In this document: positions 22,490 through 31,704 of the stretch, piece by piece
Position numbering within the stretch: the first letter of the stretch is position 1
How the letters are laid out: every line of letters begins with the position of its first letter
Origin: Bacteroidia bacterium
Lineage (GTDB): Bacteria > Bacteroidota > Bacteroidia > M30B66
Assembly (NCBI GenBank): GCA_965279035.1
Contig: OZ257142.1
Coordinates: 352,001-416,000, forward strand
DNA length: 64,000 nt
Direction: 5' to 3'
Notes under the pieces: generated by a model
Told to the model about the DNA's origin: nothing
Databases searched by the model: none
Seen by the model: only the letters and a program-made list of their open reading frames with translations
Translations under genes and position numbers: made by a program

Positions 22490-25414
22490 TTAATAGCCGA
22501 AAATTTCTTTCAAAGAAAGTTCTTTTACTTTCCCATATTTAGCTAATTTCTTTTTGGGAATACGAGCGGAGGAGCCAACAATAAATAGATTGAATGGCTT
22601 TCCTGAAAAATGAGTTAAATGAAAAGCATTGACATCATTTATATTCATGCTCGGAACTTTTAAATAAATGTCTTTTCTAATATCATGTTCTATTCCTAAT
22701 CGGTTTGCTGACAGAAAATTGAACATGATTGATTCTTTTTGAATTCTATCCGATTCGATTTGACTTACTAATGCCGATTTTGATCCATTGAACAATATCT
22801 CAGATTGGGGCATCGTCTTTAATAAATCGTCCATTGCATAAATTGCTGAATCTAATTTATCGGCTTGAGTTCCAATATATGCACCTGCCATATTAGGTTG
22901 AGTTTTAGAATTTGGTCTTGAAAAATACGCATAGCTTGAATATGCAAGCGCCTTCGATTCTCTGATTGTTTGAAAAACAACAGATGACATTCCGCCCCCA
23001 AAATATTCGTTAAACAATGAAATAGATGGCTGTTCAGTGATAGAATAAGCACCTTCATTTCTTAACCATCCTATTTCAGCCTGAACCATATCATAGTGAG
23101 TAAAAAATACTTTTCGTTCCTTATTCTCCAAGGAGTTAAAAACATGAGCAGGAGGAATTTGCTTAAAATTTTCCGGTGCTTTATGATAGGTTTTTAGATA
23201 ATTAATTAGGTCTTTATTTTCTAATGGCCCATAATACAGAACATGATGAGGATAAGATGTTAAACCATGAAGTATCTCAGTTAGTTCAGATGCTTTTAAG
23301 CGATTAAGTTTTTTAGTACTCAATAACCATGTTTGAGGATTTAATTTACCATACCGTGCATAATTACTAAGCGCAGAACGAATAGCATATTTATTTTGTT
23401 TAGCATCGATTCGTTCTTGTAATTCATTCGAAATCATCGATTCTAAAGCTTTTTGATCAGCTTGAGCAGTTGAAAGTAAATGTTCTAATGTGGATAAAGC
23501 CCGTTCAAATTTTTCCTGAGGTCCAGTCAAACTAACATAAATCTGTTCATTGCTTGCAAATACGTTGAAATTACATCCAAGCGAGAAAAATTCCTTAGAA
23601 ACTTCTTCGGCGTTTAATTTTGAAGTACCTAAAAATTCTAATAAATGAATCGCTTCAGGGATTTTTAAATCACTAAATCGTCCAAATTCAAATACATAAT
23701 AAATTGAAAATAACGTGTTTTCTGTATTTCTAACGGATAATAATTTAACTCCTGAATTTATATCAACTGAACTGAAATCTTTTTGATAATCCAGAAATAC
23801 CGGCTTAATTGGTTTAGCTTCATTATCGAAAATATCCTTTGCGAAATGAGACATTGAATTTCTATTGACTTCAACAGGAGTAATTTCAGGCTTTTCAATC
23901 TTCGTAATATTTGTATCTATTCCTTCTCTTTTATAAACAACAGAATAATTTCTGTTTAACCACTTCTTAGAAAAAAATTGTATTTCTTCCTTTTTAACTT
24001 TACTCATATTACTTGATTCAGCAACAACATCAACCCATTTTCTATTTTGAAGAAAAGCATTAAGCATTTTATACGCTCGGGAAGAATTATTTTCATTTGA
24101 TTTCATCTCATCAACTTCTTTGTTTAAGACAATTGCAGCTAATGATTTCTGATCAAATTTTCCTTGATGAAGAGAATCTAGTTGTCCAAGCATAAGTGCT
24201 TTTACATCTTCCAATGATTGTCCTGTTTTAGGCCTACCCTCCATGAATAAAACACTATAATCTTTCAAATTATAAATACCAGCAGAAGCACTTAATACTT
24301 TCTGTTTTTTTACCAAGTTCAAATCAAATAATCCAGCCGAAGAATTACTTAATAACATATCAACAACTCTCATCATTGAAGCTTCATTACTATTCGCTCC
24401 TGGTAAACGAAATCCAATAACAACCGATGGACTCTCTGGCCCTAAAATATTTATTTCCTCTATTTTTTTATCTTCACTTTCCGGTTTAAAATCAAAGCCT
24501 GGAACTGCTTTACTTGGAAATTTACCAAAACTTGATTCTATTAAAGCCAGTGTTTCTTCTGGATCAAAATTTCCAGCAATGCTTATAACCATGTTATTAG
24601 GAACATACCAAGAATTATAATATTCTCTAATTTTTTTTAATGATGGGTTTTTTAAATGCTCTATAGTACCAATGGTTGTTTGTGTACCATAAGTGTGAGT
24701 TTTAAATAATGAAGCAAACAATGCCTCAAAAACCTTATCACCATCAGAATCTAAGGATATATTTTTTTCTTCATATACCGCTTCTAATTCAGTGTGAAAT
24801 AAACGTAAAATTGGATTTCTAAATCGTTCCGATTCTATACTAATCCAATCCGCAATACGATTACTCGGAATATCATTGATATAAACTGTTTCGTCAAAAG
24901 ATGTATAAGCATTTGTTCCTTTAGCACCTATATGTTGGAGCATTTTATCATACTCATTAGCAATTGCATATTTTGCAGCTAACCCAGAAGTAGCATCTAT
25001 ATTTCTATAAATATCTTTTCTCTTTTTACTATCTTTTGTTTTACTGTATTCAACATACAATGAATCTATTTGATCCAAGTAAATCTTCTCTTTTGAATAA
25101 TCAAGAGATCCAAATTTGTCGGTTCCTTTAAAAAGCATATGCTCTAAATAATGAGCTAATCCTGTTGCGTCTTTTGGATCGTTTTTACTTCCTGCCTTAA
25201 CAGCTATACAAGTATAAACTCGAGGAGCTGTTTTATTCATCGACATTAGAACAGTTAATCCATTTTTTAAAACATATGTTCGCGCTTTAATTGGATCGCC
25301 CGTTACATATGAATATTTATATCCATGAGCTGAATCAATTTCCGTTTTAAACGATTGACCAATAATTGGAATTGAAAAAGAAATAAATAGAAAAGCAGTA
25401 AAAATTGAACGCAT
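22490..25414 (-). CDS. M16 family (insulinase-like) zinc peptidase, exported
   Basis: Inverted zincin HYLEH in GLAHYLEHMLFKGT, NAYTS, ELEAVYEE, IRESKALAYS. Confidence 0.92.
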   Translation of the reverse strand: MRSIFTAFLFISFSIPIIGQSFKTEIDSAHGYKYSYVTGDPIKARTYVLKNGLTVLMSMNKTAPRVYTCIAVKAGSKNDPKDATGLAHYLEHMLFKGTDKFGSLDYSKEKIYLDQIDSLYVEYSKTKDSKKRKDIYRNIDATSGLAAKYAIANEYDKMLQHIGAKGTNAYTSFDETVYINDIPSNRIADWISIESERFRNPILRLFHTELEAVYEEKNISLDSDGDKVFEALFASLFKTHTYGTQTTIGTIEHLKNPSLKKIREYYNSWYVPNNMVISIAGNFDPEETLALIESSFGKFPSKAVPGFDFKPESEDKKIEEINILGPESPSVVIGFRLPGANSNEASMMRVVDMLLSNSSAGLFDLNLVKKQKVLSASAGIYNLKDYSVLFMEGRPKTGQSLEDVKALMLGQLDSLHQGKFDQKSLAAIVLNKEVDEMKSNENNSSRAYKMLNAFLQNRKWVDVVAESSNMSKVKKEEIQFFSKKWLNRNYSVVYKREGIDTNITKIEKPEITPVEVNRNSMSHFAKDIFDNEAKPIKPVFLDYQKDFSSVDINSGVKLLSVRNTENTLFSIYYVFEFGRFSDLKIPEAIHLLEFLGTSKLNAEEVSKEFFSLGCNFNVFASNEQIYVSLTGPQEKFERALSTLEHLLSTAQADQKALESMISNELQERIDAKQNKYAIRSALSNYARYGKLNPQTWLLSTKKLNRLKASELTEILHGLTSYPHHVLYYGPLENKDLINYLKTYHKAPENFKQIPPAHVFNSLENKERKVFFTHYDMVQAEIGWLRNEGAYSITEQPSISLFNEYFGGGMSSVVFQTIRESKALAYSSYAYFSRPNSKTQPNMAGAYIGTQADKLDSAIYAMDDLLKTMPQSEILFNGSKSALVSQIESDRIQKESIMFNFLSANRLGIEHDIRKDIYLKVPSMNINDVNAFHLTHFSGKPFNLFIVGSSARIPKKKLAKYGKVKELSLKEIFGY

Positions 25415-25436
25415 TATTTTGTTTTTGAAAGGATAA

Positions 25437-26390
25437 TTAAAGACCTAGACTGGCTGATAAATCAAGCATTCTCCTTATTGATTGTTCAGCAGGAACGCGA
25501 ATTTTTTCATCCATTACTATTTCTGGAGTTTCATTTTTCATACACAAATACACTTTTTCTAGTGTATTTAATTTCATATGAGGACAATCATTACAAGCAC
25601 ATTCATTATTTGGAGGTGCAGGAATAAAGGTTTTATGTGGAGATTGTTTTGACATTTGATGTAAAATTCCACTTTCGGTAGCAACAATAAAAGTGTTTGC
25701 ACTATTCTGCTCAGTATATTTTAATAAAGCAGTAGTAGATCCAATAAAATTTGCCATTTCTAAAATTGGAACTTCACATTCGGGATGAGCAATAATAAGA
25801 GCGTCGGGATAACGGAGTTTGAGTTTAACAATTTTTTCCCGAGAAAATAGTTCGTGAACCATACATGCTCCATCCCAAAGTAACATATCTCTCCCTGTTT
25901 TTTCCATTACCCATCTTCCTAAATTTTTATCCGGAGCAAAAATAATTTTCTGCTCTTTCGGTAAACTATTAACAATTTGAACAGCATTGGAAGAGGTACA
26001 AACAATATCGGTTAAAGCTTTAATTTCTGCAGTACAATTAATGTATGAAATAACAATATGATCTGGATTTGCTTTTATAAATGCAGAAAAGCGATCGGTA
26101 GGACAACTATCAGCTAAAGAACATCCAGCTTTAATATCTGGTAAAACTACCTTTTTTTGAGGACAAAGTATTTTAGCTGTTTCTGCCATAAAATGGACAC
26201 CTGCAAAAACGATCATAGATGCATCTGTTTTTGCTGCTTGTTGAGAAAGCCCTAAACTATCTCCAATATAATCGGCAATATCCTGAATATCAGAATCCTG
26301 ATAGTAATGAGCTAAAACAATTGCATTTTTCTCTTTTTTAAATCGTTCGATTTCTTCAAAAAGATTTAAGTGTGGATCAATTACATTCAT
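25437..26390 (-). CDS. nadA: Quinolinate synthase NadA
   Basis: [44 protein letters not shown]. Confidence 0.97.
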   Translation of the reverse strand: MNVIDPHLNLFEEIERFKKEKNAIVLAHYYQDSDIQDIADYIGDSLGLSQQAAKTDASMIVFAGVHFMAETAKILCPQKKVVLPDIKAGCSLADSCPTDRFSAFIKANPDHIVISYINCTAEIKALTDIVCTSSNAVQIVNSLPKEQKIIFAPDKNLGRWVMEKTGRDMLLWDGACMVHELFSREKIVKLKLRYPDALIIAHPECEVPILEMANFIGSTTALLKYTEQNSANTFIVATESGILHQMSKQSPHKTFIPAPPNNECACNDCPHMKLNTLEKVYLCMKNETPEIVMDEKIRVPAEQSIRRMLDLSASLGL

Positions 26391-26934
26391 AAAAACGCCG
26401 ATTTCAGAATTATTCCATTTTCAGATATACATACTATTATATTCTTTTTAAAAGTCTTAAAGAAAACTAACAATAATAGATAGCCTGTTAATACTGTTGG
26501 AACTTTTTCAAGAGAACATTTGGTATTGATGTTTTAAAAAGTTTGTTGACACAAAATTAACATGTTATTCTGGGTAAAGACAGATGAATTACAGATAAAT
26601 AGCTGCTTTTTAACAATTGGTGTATATGTTATTCACAGGATATTTTTATCACTTCTCTATTTCCCCGTTCTGTTAGCTTTATGTTATCAGAATGATAAGT
26701 GAAAAGCATCTTTTTCTATTGACTTATATACTCTGATATTATAAGGCAACAAATTTCTATGAATGTCAATGGAGTATTGTTAGTACTTATTCTCTATTCA
26801 TTAACAACAATTAACAGAAATCCTGTTAACTCTTTTCGTAGATATGATCTGATAATCAAGTACAAATCTTTTATACTTTTTTTGGAATGTTCATTTCTCT
26901 TCATTAAGAGCGCTAACTTTGTAAAAAAAAAGAA
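26391..26934. other. oriC: Probable chromosomal replication origin (oriC)
   Basis: 544-bp AT-rich gap between divergent nadA and rpiB. Contains a consensus DnaA box TTATTCACA (26629-26637), relaxed boxes at 26486, 26554, 26607, 26798 and 26808, and a trio-like TAA-CAA-TAA-TAG next to CC-TGTTAATAC. parS sites and mnmG lie about 5 kb away, and GC skew appears to change sign. Confidence 0.75.
26914..26921 (+). promoter_or_regulatory. -7 promoter element for rpiB
   Basis: TAACTTTG matches the Bacteroidota TAnnTTTG motif, 13 bp before the ATG. Confidence 0.6.
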
Positions 26935-27363
26935 ATGGATATTGCTTTAGGTTCAGATCATGCTGGCTACGAAATGAAATTACTTGTTAGAGCTAAACTC
27001 TTGGATTTAGGACATACAGTTGCCGATTATGGAACTCATTCACCTGAAAGTATGGATTATCCAGATGTTGCTCATCCAGTTGCAATAAGTGTTGAACAAG
27101 GAGAATGTGAATTTGGTATTCTTTTATGCGGAAGTGCTAATGGTGTTGCAATGACTGCTAATAAACATAAAGGAATTCGTGCAGCAATTTGTTGGAACGA
27201 AGAAATTGCCATTTTAGCTAGGCAACATAATAATGCAAATATTTTATGTTTACCAGCAAGATATATTACAGTTGACGAAACAATAAAGATAGTGAACTCG
27301 TTTTTAATCATTCAATTTGAAGGAGGACGGCATGAAAAACGGGTTGAAAAAATAGCTTGTTAA
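26935..27363 (+). CDS. rpiB: Ribose-5-phosphate isomerase B
   Basis: IALGSDHAG, DYPD, GILLCGSANG, ARQHNNANIL, FEGGRH..RV. Confidence 0.96.
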   Translation: MDIALGSDHAGYEMKLLVRAKLLDLGHTVADYGTHSPESMDYPDVAHPVAISVEQGECEFGILLCGSANGVAMTANKHKGIRAAICWNEEIAILARQHNNANILCLPARYITVDETIKIVNSFLIIQFEGGRHEKRVEKIAC

Positions 27364-27434
27364 GTTTTAGCTGTTTTTAACATACTGGCTATATCAAACT
27401 CGTATTAATTTCGTTTATAGATTTAGTGTACCCG

Positions 27435-30400
27435 ATGAATTCAACAGCCTATTCCCTTCTCATTCATAAACTGGATGAGTTTATTAAAAAATACTATTTC
27501 AATTTATTAATTCGAGGAATCATTTATTCGTTCGGGGCTCTACTCCTATTCTTTCTTTTGACCACAATTATTGAATATGTTGGTCATCTTGGAACTATTG
27601 GACGAGCTTTTTTATTTTATGGTTACTTATCTGTCGCGCTATTTTTATTGATTCGCTTTATTTTTATTCCGCTTTTCCATTTAATTAAGATTGGTAAAAT
27701 AATATCCTATGAACAAGCTGCAGAAATTATAGGGCATCATTTTTCAGATATAAACGATAAACTAATCAATACTTTACAACTACACCGAATTTTAGAAATA
27801 GATGAGCATTCCTCTTCACTAGTATCTGCCAGTATTGATCAACGAATTCATGAATTAAAACCAATTCCTTTTACAGCAGCTATTGATTTATCGAAAAACA
27901 AAAAGTATGCTCGGTTTGCTGCTATTCCTCTAAGTATTTTCTTAGGAATTTGGATAATTTATCCATCTTTTTTCACTGAAAGTTCTAATAGAATTGTAAA
28001 TTATTCAACACCATTCGAACCCGTTGCTCCCTTCATATTTTCAATTGAAAACAAATCCTTAGAAACTCCTACTCAACAAGATTTTGTGCTTAAGGTTAAA
28101 ACAAGTGGAGATGAATTACCGGATGAATTATACTTAACTCAAGGCGATTTGAAGCTGCGTTTGGTTAAAGAAGATAAACTGCATTTTTCTTATACATTTA
28201 AAAATGTTCAACATTCATTGCCATTTCGATTATATGCCGATGGTTTTTATTCTAAGGAATACGAATTAAAAGCATTACCAAATCCCACTTTATCAAATTT
28301 TAAAATCAATTTAGATTATCCTACTTACACAGGTAAAAAAGATGAATTTGTTAATAATACGGGTGATTTAATACTACCAGCTGGAACAAATGTAACTTGG
28401 GAATTTAGGACACAAGAAACGGATCAGCTAATGTTACAATTTAGCGATACAGCTTATCAAGTAAAACAAGCAGAAAAGGGACTATTTACTCATTCTGTTC
28501 GATTTATGAAGGATAATCGTTATCGCATTAAAACGTCAAATTCATTTATAAAGGGAAAAGATCAAGTTGAATATTCTGTAAATGTTAAGCAGGATGAATT
28601 TCCCTCTATTCAGTCAGAAGAAAAGCAAGATTCATTAACATCTTCACGTGTTTATTTTAAAGGTGATGTTGAAGATGATTATGGTTTTTCGAAACTTCAA
28701 TTTCATTATCATCAGTATAATGGAGATAAGAATATTGATTCTAAAAGCATTGATGTTCCTTTTAATAGAAACTTTATTAAAACGCTTTTCTTTTGGACTT
28801 GGGATTTTTCTTCATTAACGGTAAATCCTGGTGACGAAATAGAGTATTGGTTTGAAGTATGGGATAATGATGCAGTGAATGGTTCAAAGTCTTCAAAAAC
28901 ACAGAAAAAGATCTTTAAGATTCCTACGAATGAAGAAATTGAACAATTAAGAAATGAAAATAATGAGTCTATTAAATCGAATATAAAAGAGACGATTCAG
29001 GATGCTAAAAAATTAAAAAGAGATCTTGATGAATTGAATAAGAGGTTATTAGAAAAAAAGGAAATTACTTGGCAAGACAAGAAAAAGGTCCAAGATCTAA
29101 TGAATCAAAAACAGAATATTGAAAAACAAATAGAGAATCTTAAAAAAGAAAATAAGGAAAATAACAGTCAGAACGAAGAGTTTAAAAAATCTGATGAGCG
29201 AATTCTAGAGAAACAGAAGGAGCTCGAGAAGATGTTTGATCAAATCTTAAGTGATGAGATGAAGGAAAAGCTGAAAGAGCTTGAAAAAATGATGGAAAAC
29301 CTTGATAAGAATAAACTCAAGGATATGATTGATCAAATGAAACTCGAAAACAAAGATGTTGAGAAAGAACTTGATAGAGCATTGGAATTATTTAAACAAC
29401 TTGAGTTCGATGAAAAATTGAATGCTGCAATTGAAAAGCTTGATCAATTAAAGGAGAAAGAGGAAAAATTAGCAAATAAAACGGAAGAGAAAAAAGGAAG
29501 CTCTGAGGAATTAAAGAAGGAGCAGGATCAATTGAACAAAGAATTTGAGTCTTTGAAAAAGGACATGGATGATTTGCAGCAAAAAAATGAGCAGCTTGAG
29601 AATCCAACTCAAATGGAAAATACGGATCAGATTGAACAAGACATAAATCAAGAAATGCAGAACAGTTCTGAATCTTTAGAACAAAATAAATCAGGCAAAG
29701 CATCTAAGTCACAAAAAAACGCATCACAAAAGATGCAAGAGATGAGTGATAAAATGAAAAAAATGCAGCAATCTTCAGAAGAAGAAAGTTTAGAAGAGGA
29801 CTTATCTAAGCTTAGAGAAATATTAGAAAATCTATTGCAGCTTTCATTTAATCAGGAACAATTAATTAAGACCTTACAAAAAACACCACCCAATAACCCA
29901 TTGTATATAAACATTACTGCTGATCAAAAGAAATTAAGAGATGATTCTAGAATGATTGAAGATTCACTATTTGCATTAAGTAAACGAGTTGCTCAAATCC
30001 AGTCATTTATAAATAGGGAAATAAGTTCTATCAATTTGAATTTAGATAAGACTATTGAATATTTAGCCGAAAGACAAAGTGGAAGTGCGACTTCTCGGCA
30101 GCAATATGTAATGACATCTATAAATAATCTTGCTTTAATGTTAAGTGAAGTAACTCAACAAATGCAAGAACAAATGGCTCAGCAAATGCAGCAAAAACCC
30201 GGTGAAGGAAGCTGTAAAAAGCCGGGAAAGAATAAAAAGCCTGGAAATGGAAAACCCTCTATGGCCACACTTAGAAAATTGCAAGAGCAATTGAATGATC
30301 AAATGAAGCAAATGAAAGAAGGCATGGGAAAACCTGGAGAAAAGCCTGGCCAAGGAAAAGAAGGAAAAAACGGAAGCGAACAACTTGCAAAAATGGCGGC

Positions 30401-30797
30401 TCAACAAGAGATGCTTCGAAATGAGCTTCAAAAGATGATGAATGATATGATGAAAGATGGAAATTCGGGAAATACAGGCGATTTAAAAAATCTTGCAAAT
30501 AAAATGGAGCAAACAGAGTCGGACATTGTCAATAAAAATATTACATTAGAGACCATGCGAAGACAACAAGAAATCATGACTCGATTATTAGAAGCAGAAA
30601 AGGCGGAAAGAGAGAGAGAGCTTGACAATAAAAGAGAATCGAATGAAAATAAAAACGAACAAAAACGTAACATTTCTGTCTTCAATCAGTATACCCGACA
30701 AATGCAGCAGGAAGCGGAACTTCTTAAGACGCTCTCTCCTTCATTAAAACCCTTTTACCGAAACATGGTGAAAGACTATTTTAACACAATTAATTAG
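27435..30797 (+). CDS. Large membrane-anchored coiled-coil protein (DUF4175-like)
   Basis: N-terminal TM helices, Ig-like middle (DDYGFSKL, FEVWDNDAVNGSK), long K/E/Q coiled coil, RQQEIMTRLLEAEKAERERE. Confidence 0.8.
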   Translation: MNSTAYSLLIHKLDEFIKKYYFNLLIRGIIYSFGALLLFFLLTTIIEYVGHLGTIGRAFLFYGYLSVALFLLIRFIFIPLFHLIKIGKIISYEQAAEIIGHHFSDINDKLINTLQLHRILEIDEHSSSLVSASIDQRIHELKPIPFTAAIDLSKNKKYARFAAIPLSIFLGIWIIYPSFFTESSNRIVNYSTPFEPVAPFIFSIENKSLETPTQQDFVLKVKTSGDELPDELYLTQGDLKLRLVKEDKLHFSYTFKNVQHSLPFRLYADGFYSKEYELKALPNPTLSNFKINLDYPTYTGKKDEFVNNTGDLILPAGTNVTWEFRTQETDQLMLQFSDTAYQVKQAEKGLFTHSVRFMKDNRYRIKTSNSFIKGKDQVEYSVNVKQDEFPSIQSEEKQDSLTSSRVYFKGDVEDDYGFSKLQFHYHQYNGDKNIDSKSIDVPFNRNFIKTLFFWTWDFSSLTVNPGDEIEYWFEVWDNDAVNGSKSSKTQKKIFKIPTNEEIEQLRNENNESIKSNIKETIQDAKKLKRDLDELNKRLLEKKEITWQDKKKVQDLMNQKQNIEKQIENLKKENKENNSQNEEFKKSDERILEKQKELEKMFDQILSDEMKEKLKELEKMMENLDKNKLKDMIDQMKLENKDVEKELDRALELFKQLEFDEKLNAAIEKLDQLKEKEEKLANKTEEKKGSSEELKKEQDQLNKEFESLKKDMDDLQQKNEQLENPTQMENTDQIEQDINQEMQNSSESLEQNKSGKASKSQKNASQKMQEMSDKMKKMQQSSEEESLEEDLSKLREILENLLQLSFNQEQLIKTLQKTPPNNPLYINITADQKKLRDDSRMIEDSLFALSKRVAQIQSFINREISSINLNLDKTIEYLAERQSGSATSRQQYVMTSINNLALMLSEVTQQMQEQMAQQMQQKPGEGSCKKPGKNKKPGNGKPSMATLRKLQEQLNDQMKQMKEGMGKPGEKPGQGKEGKNGSEQLAKMAAQQEMLRNELQKMMNDMMKDGNSGNTGDLKNLANKMEQTESDIVNKNITLETMRRQQEIMTRLLEAEKAERERELDNKRESNENKNEQKRNISVFNQYTRQMQQEAELLKTLSPSLKPFYRNMVKDYFNTIN

Positions 30798-30804
30798 CCT
30801 GAGC

Positions 30805-31221
30805 ATGACTATAACTGAGACTCGATCTGTAATTTTACCTTCATTGAAAGAGAACGTAACTCTTGTAGAGAAATTCATTGATGAAATTTGCCAATTCTAT
30901 AGCATTGGCGATGAAAATTATGGCAACATTCTCGTTGCTGTAACTGAAGCTGTAAGCAATGCAATATTTCATGGAAACCGGTTGAATCCAGATAAGTCTG
31001 TCCGTTTTTTTTATGAAACGAAAGAGAATAATTTGTGTTTTACTATTGAAGACGAAGGAAATGGGTATAATCCAGACACCCTTCCCGACCCTACTGACCC
31101 TGTAAATTTGGAGGTTCCTAATGGAAGAGGAGTTTTTTTAATGAAGAAACTAACGGATGATATTAAGTTTCTGAATGATGGAAGACGTGTAGAATTGTAT
31201 TTTCGCATCGCGAATCAATAA
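30805..31221 (+). CDS. RsbW/SpoIIAB-like anti-sigma factor kinase (HATPase_c)
   Basis: VAVTEAVSNAIFHGN (N box), IEDEGNG (G1), GRGVFLMKKLTD (G2). Confidence 0.88.
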   Translation: MTITETRSVILPSLKENVTLVEKFIDEICQFYSIGDENYGNILVAVTEAVSNAIFHGNRLNPDKSVRFFYETKENNLCFTIEDEGNGYNPDTLPDPTDPVNLEVPNGRGVFLMKKLTDDIKFLNDGRRVELYFRIANQ

Positions 31222-31230
31222 CTTAGGAAG

Positions 31231-31647
31231 CTGATACAATTTATCAATGAGGATTCTGACTTTCATTTAAAGGAAAAGAATCAAGTAAAGAAATGGATTT
31301 CAAAGGTGATCCGGGAGTATAATAAACTTCCAGGTCACCTTTCTTTTGTTTTCTGTTCAGACGAGTATCTTTTGAAAATAAATCAAGACTTTCTCCAACA
31401 TGATTATTACACAGATATAATCACATTCGATTATTCTGAGGGAAATAAAATATCAGGAGATTTAATGATTAGCATCGACCGTATTCAGGACAATGCCAAA
31501 CAACTCAATTTAAAGTTTGATGACGAGCTTTCTCGAGTTATGATACATGGTGTATTACATTTGCTTGGATTTGGTGACAAAACAGCTAAGGAAGAGAAGG
31601 AAATGCGCCGACTAGAGTACGCCGCATTATCACAACGTCTTGATTAA
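31231..31647 (+). CDS. ybeY: rRNA maturation RNase YbeY (start uncertain: CTG 31231 proposed, GTG 31306 in the ORF track)
   Basis: INQDFLQHDYYTDIITF, GDLMIS, RVMIHGVLHLLGFGD. The frame is open upstream as (M)IQFINEDSDFHLKEKNQVKKWI. Confidence 0.92.
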   Translation: MIQFINEDSDFHLKEKNQVKKWISKVIREYNKLPGHLSFVFCSDEYLLKINQDFLQHDYYTDIITFDYSEGNKISGDLMISIDRIQDNAKQLNLKFDDELSRVMIHGVLHLLGFGDKTAKEEKEMRRLEYAALSQRLD

Positions 31648-31674
31648 TAATTATTTGCGCTTTTTTTGTTTAAT

Positions 31675-31690
31675 TGTTTCACGTGGAACA
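31675..31690. other. parS: parS centromere-like site
   Basis: TGTTTCACGTGGAACA, a 16/16 match to the canonical TGTTNCACGTGAAACA/GGAACA palindrome, intergenic just before mnmG. Confidence 0.92.
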
Positions 31691-31704
31691 TATAATTTAA
31701 TACA

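Noticed and set aside
26759-26950. 63-aa ORF in the nadA-rpiB gap
   Set aside because: No recognisable motif. It overlaps DnaA-box-like sites, the rpiB promoter and the rpiB start.
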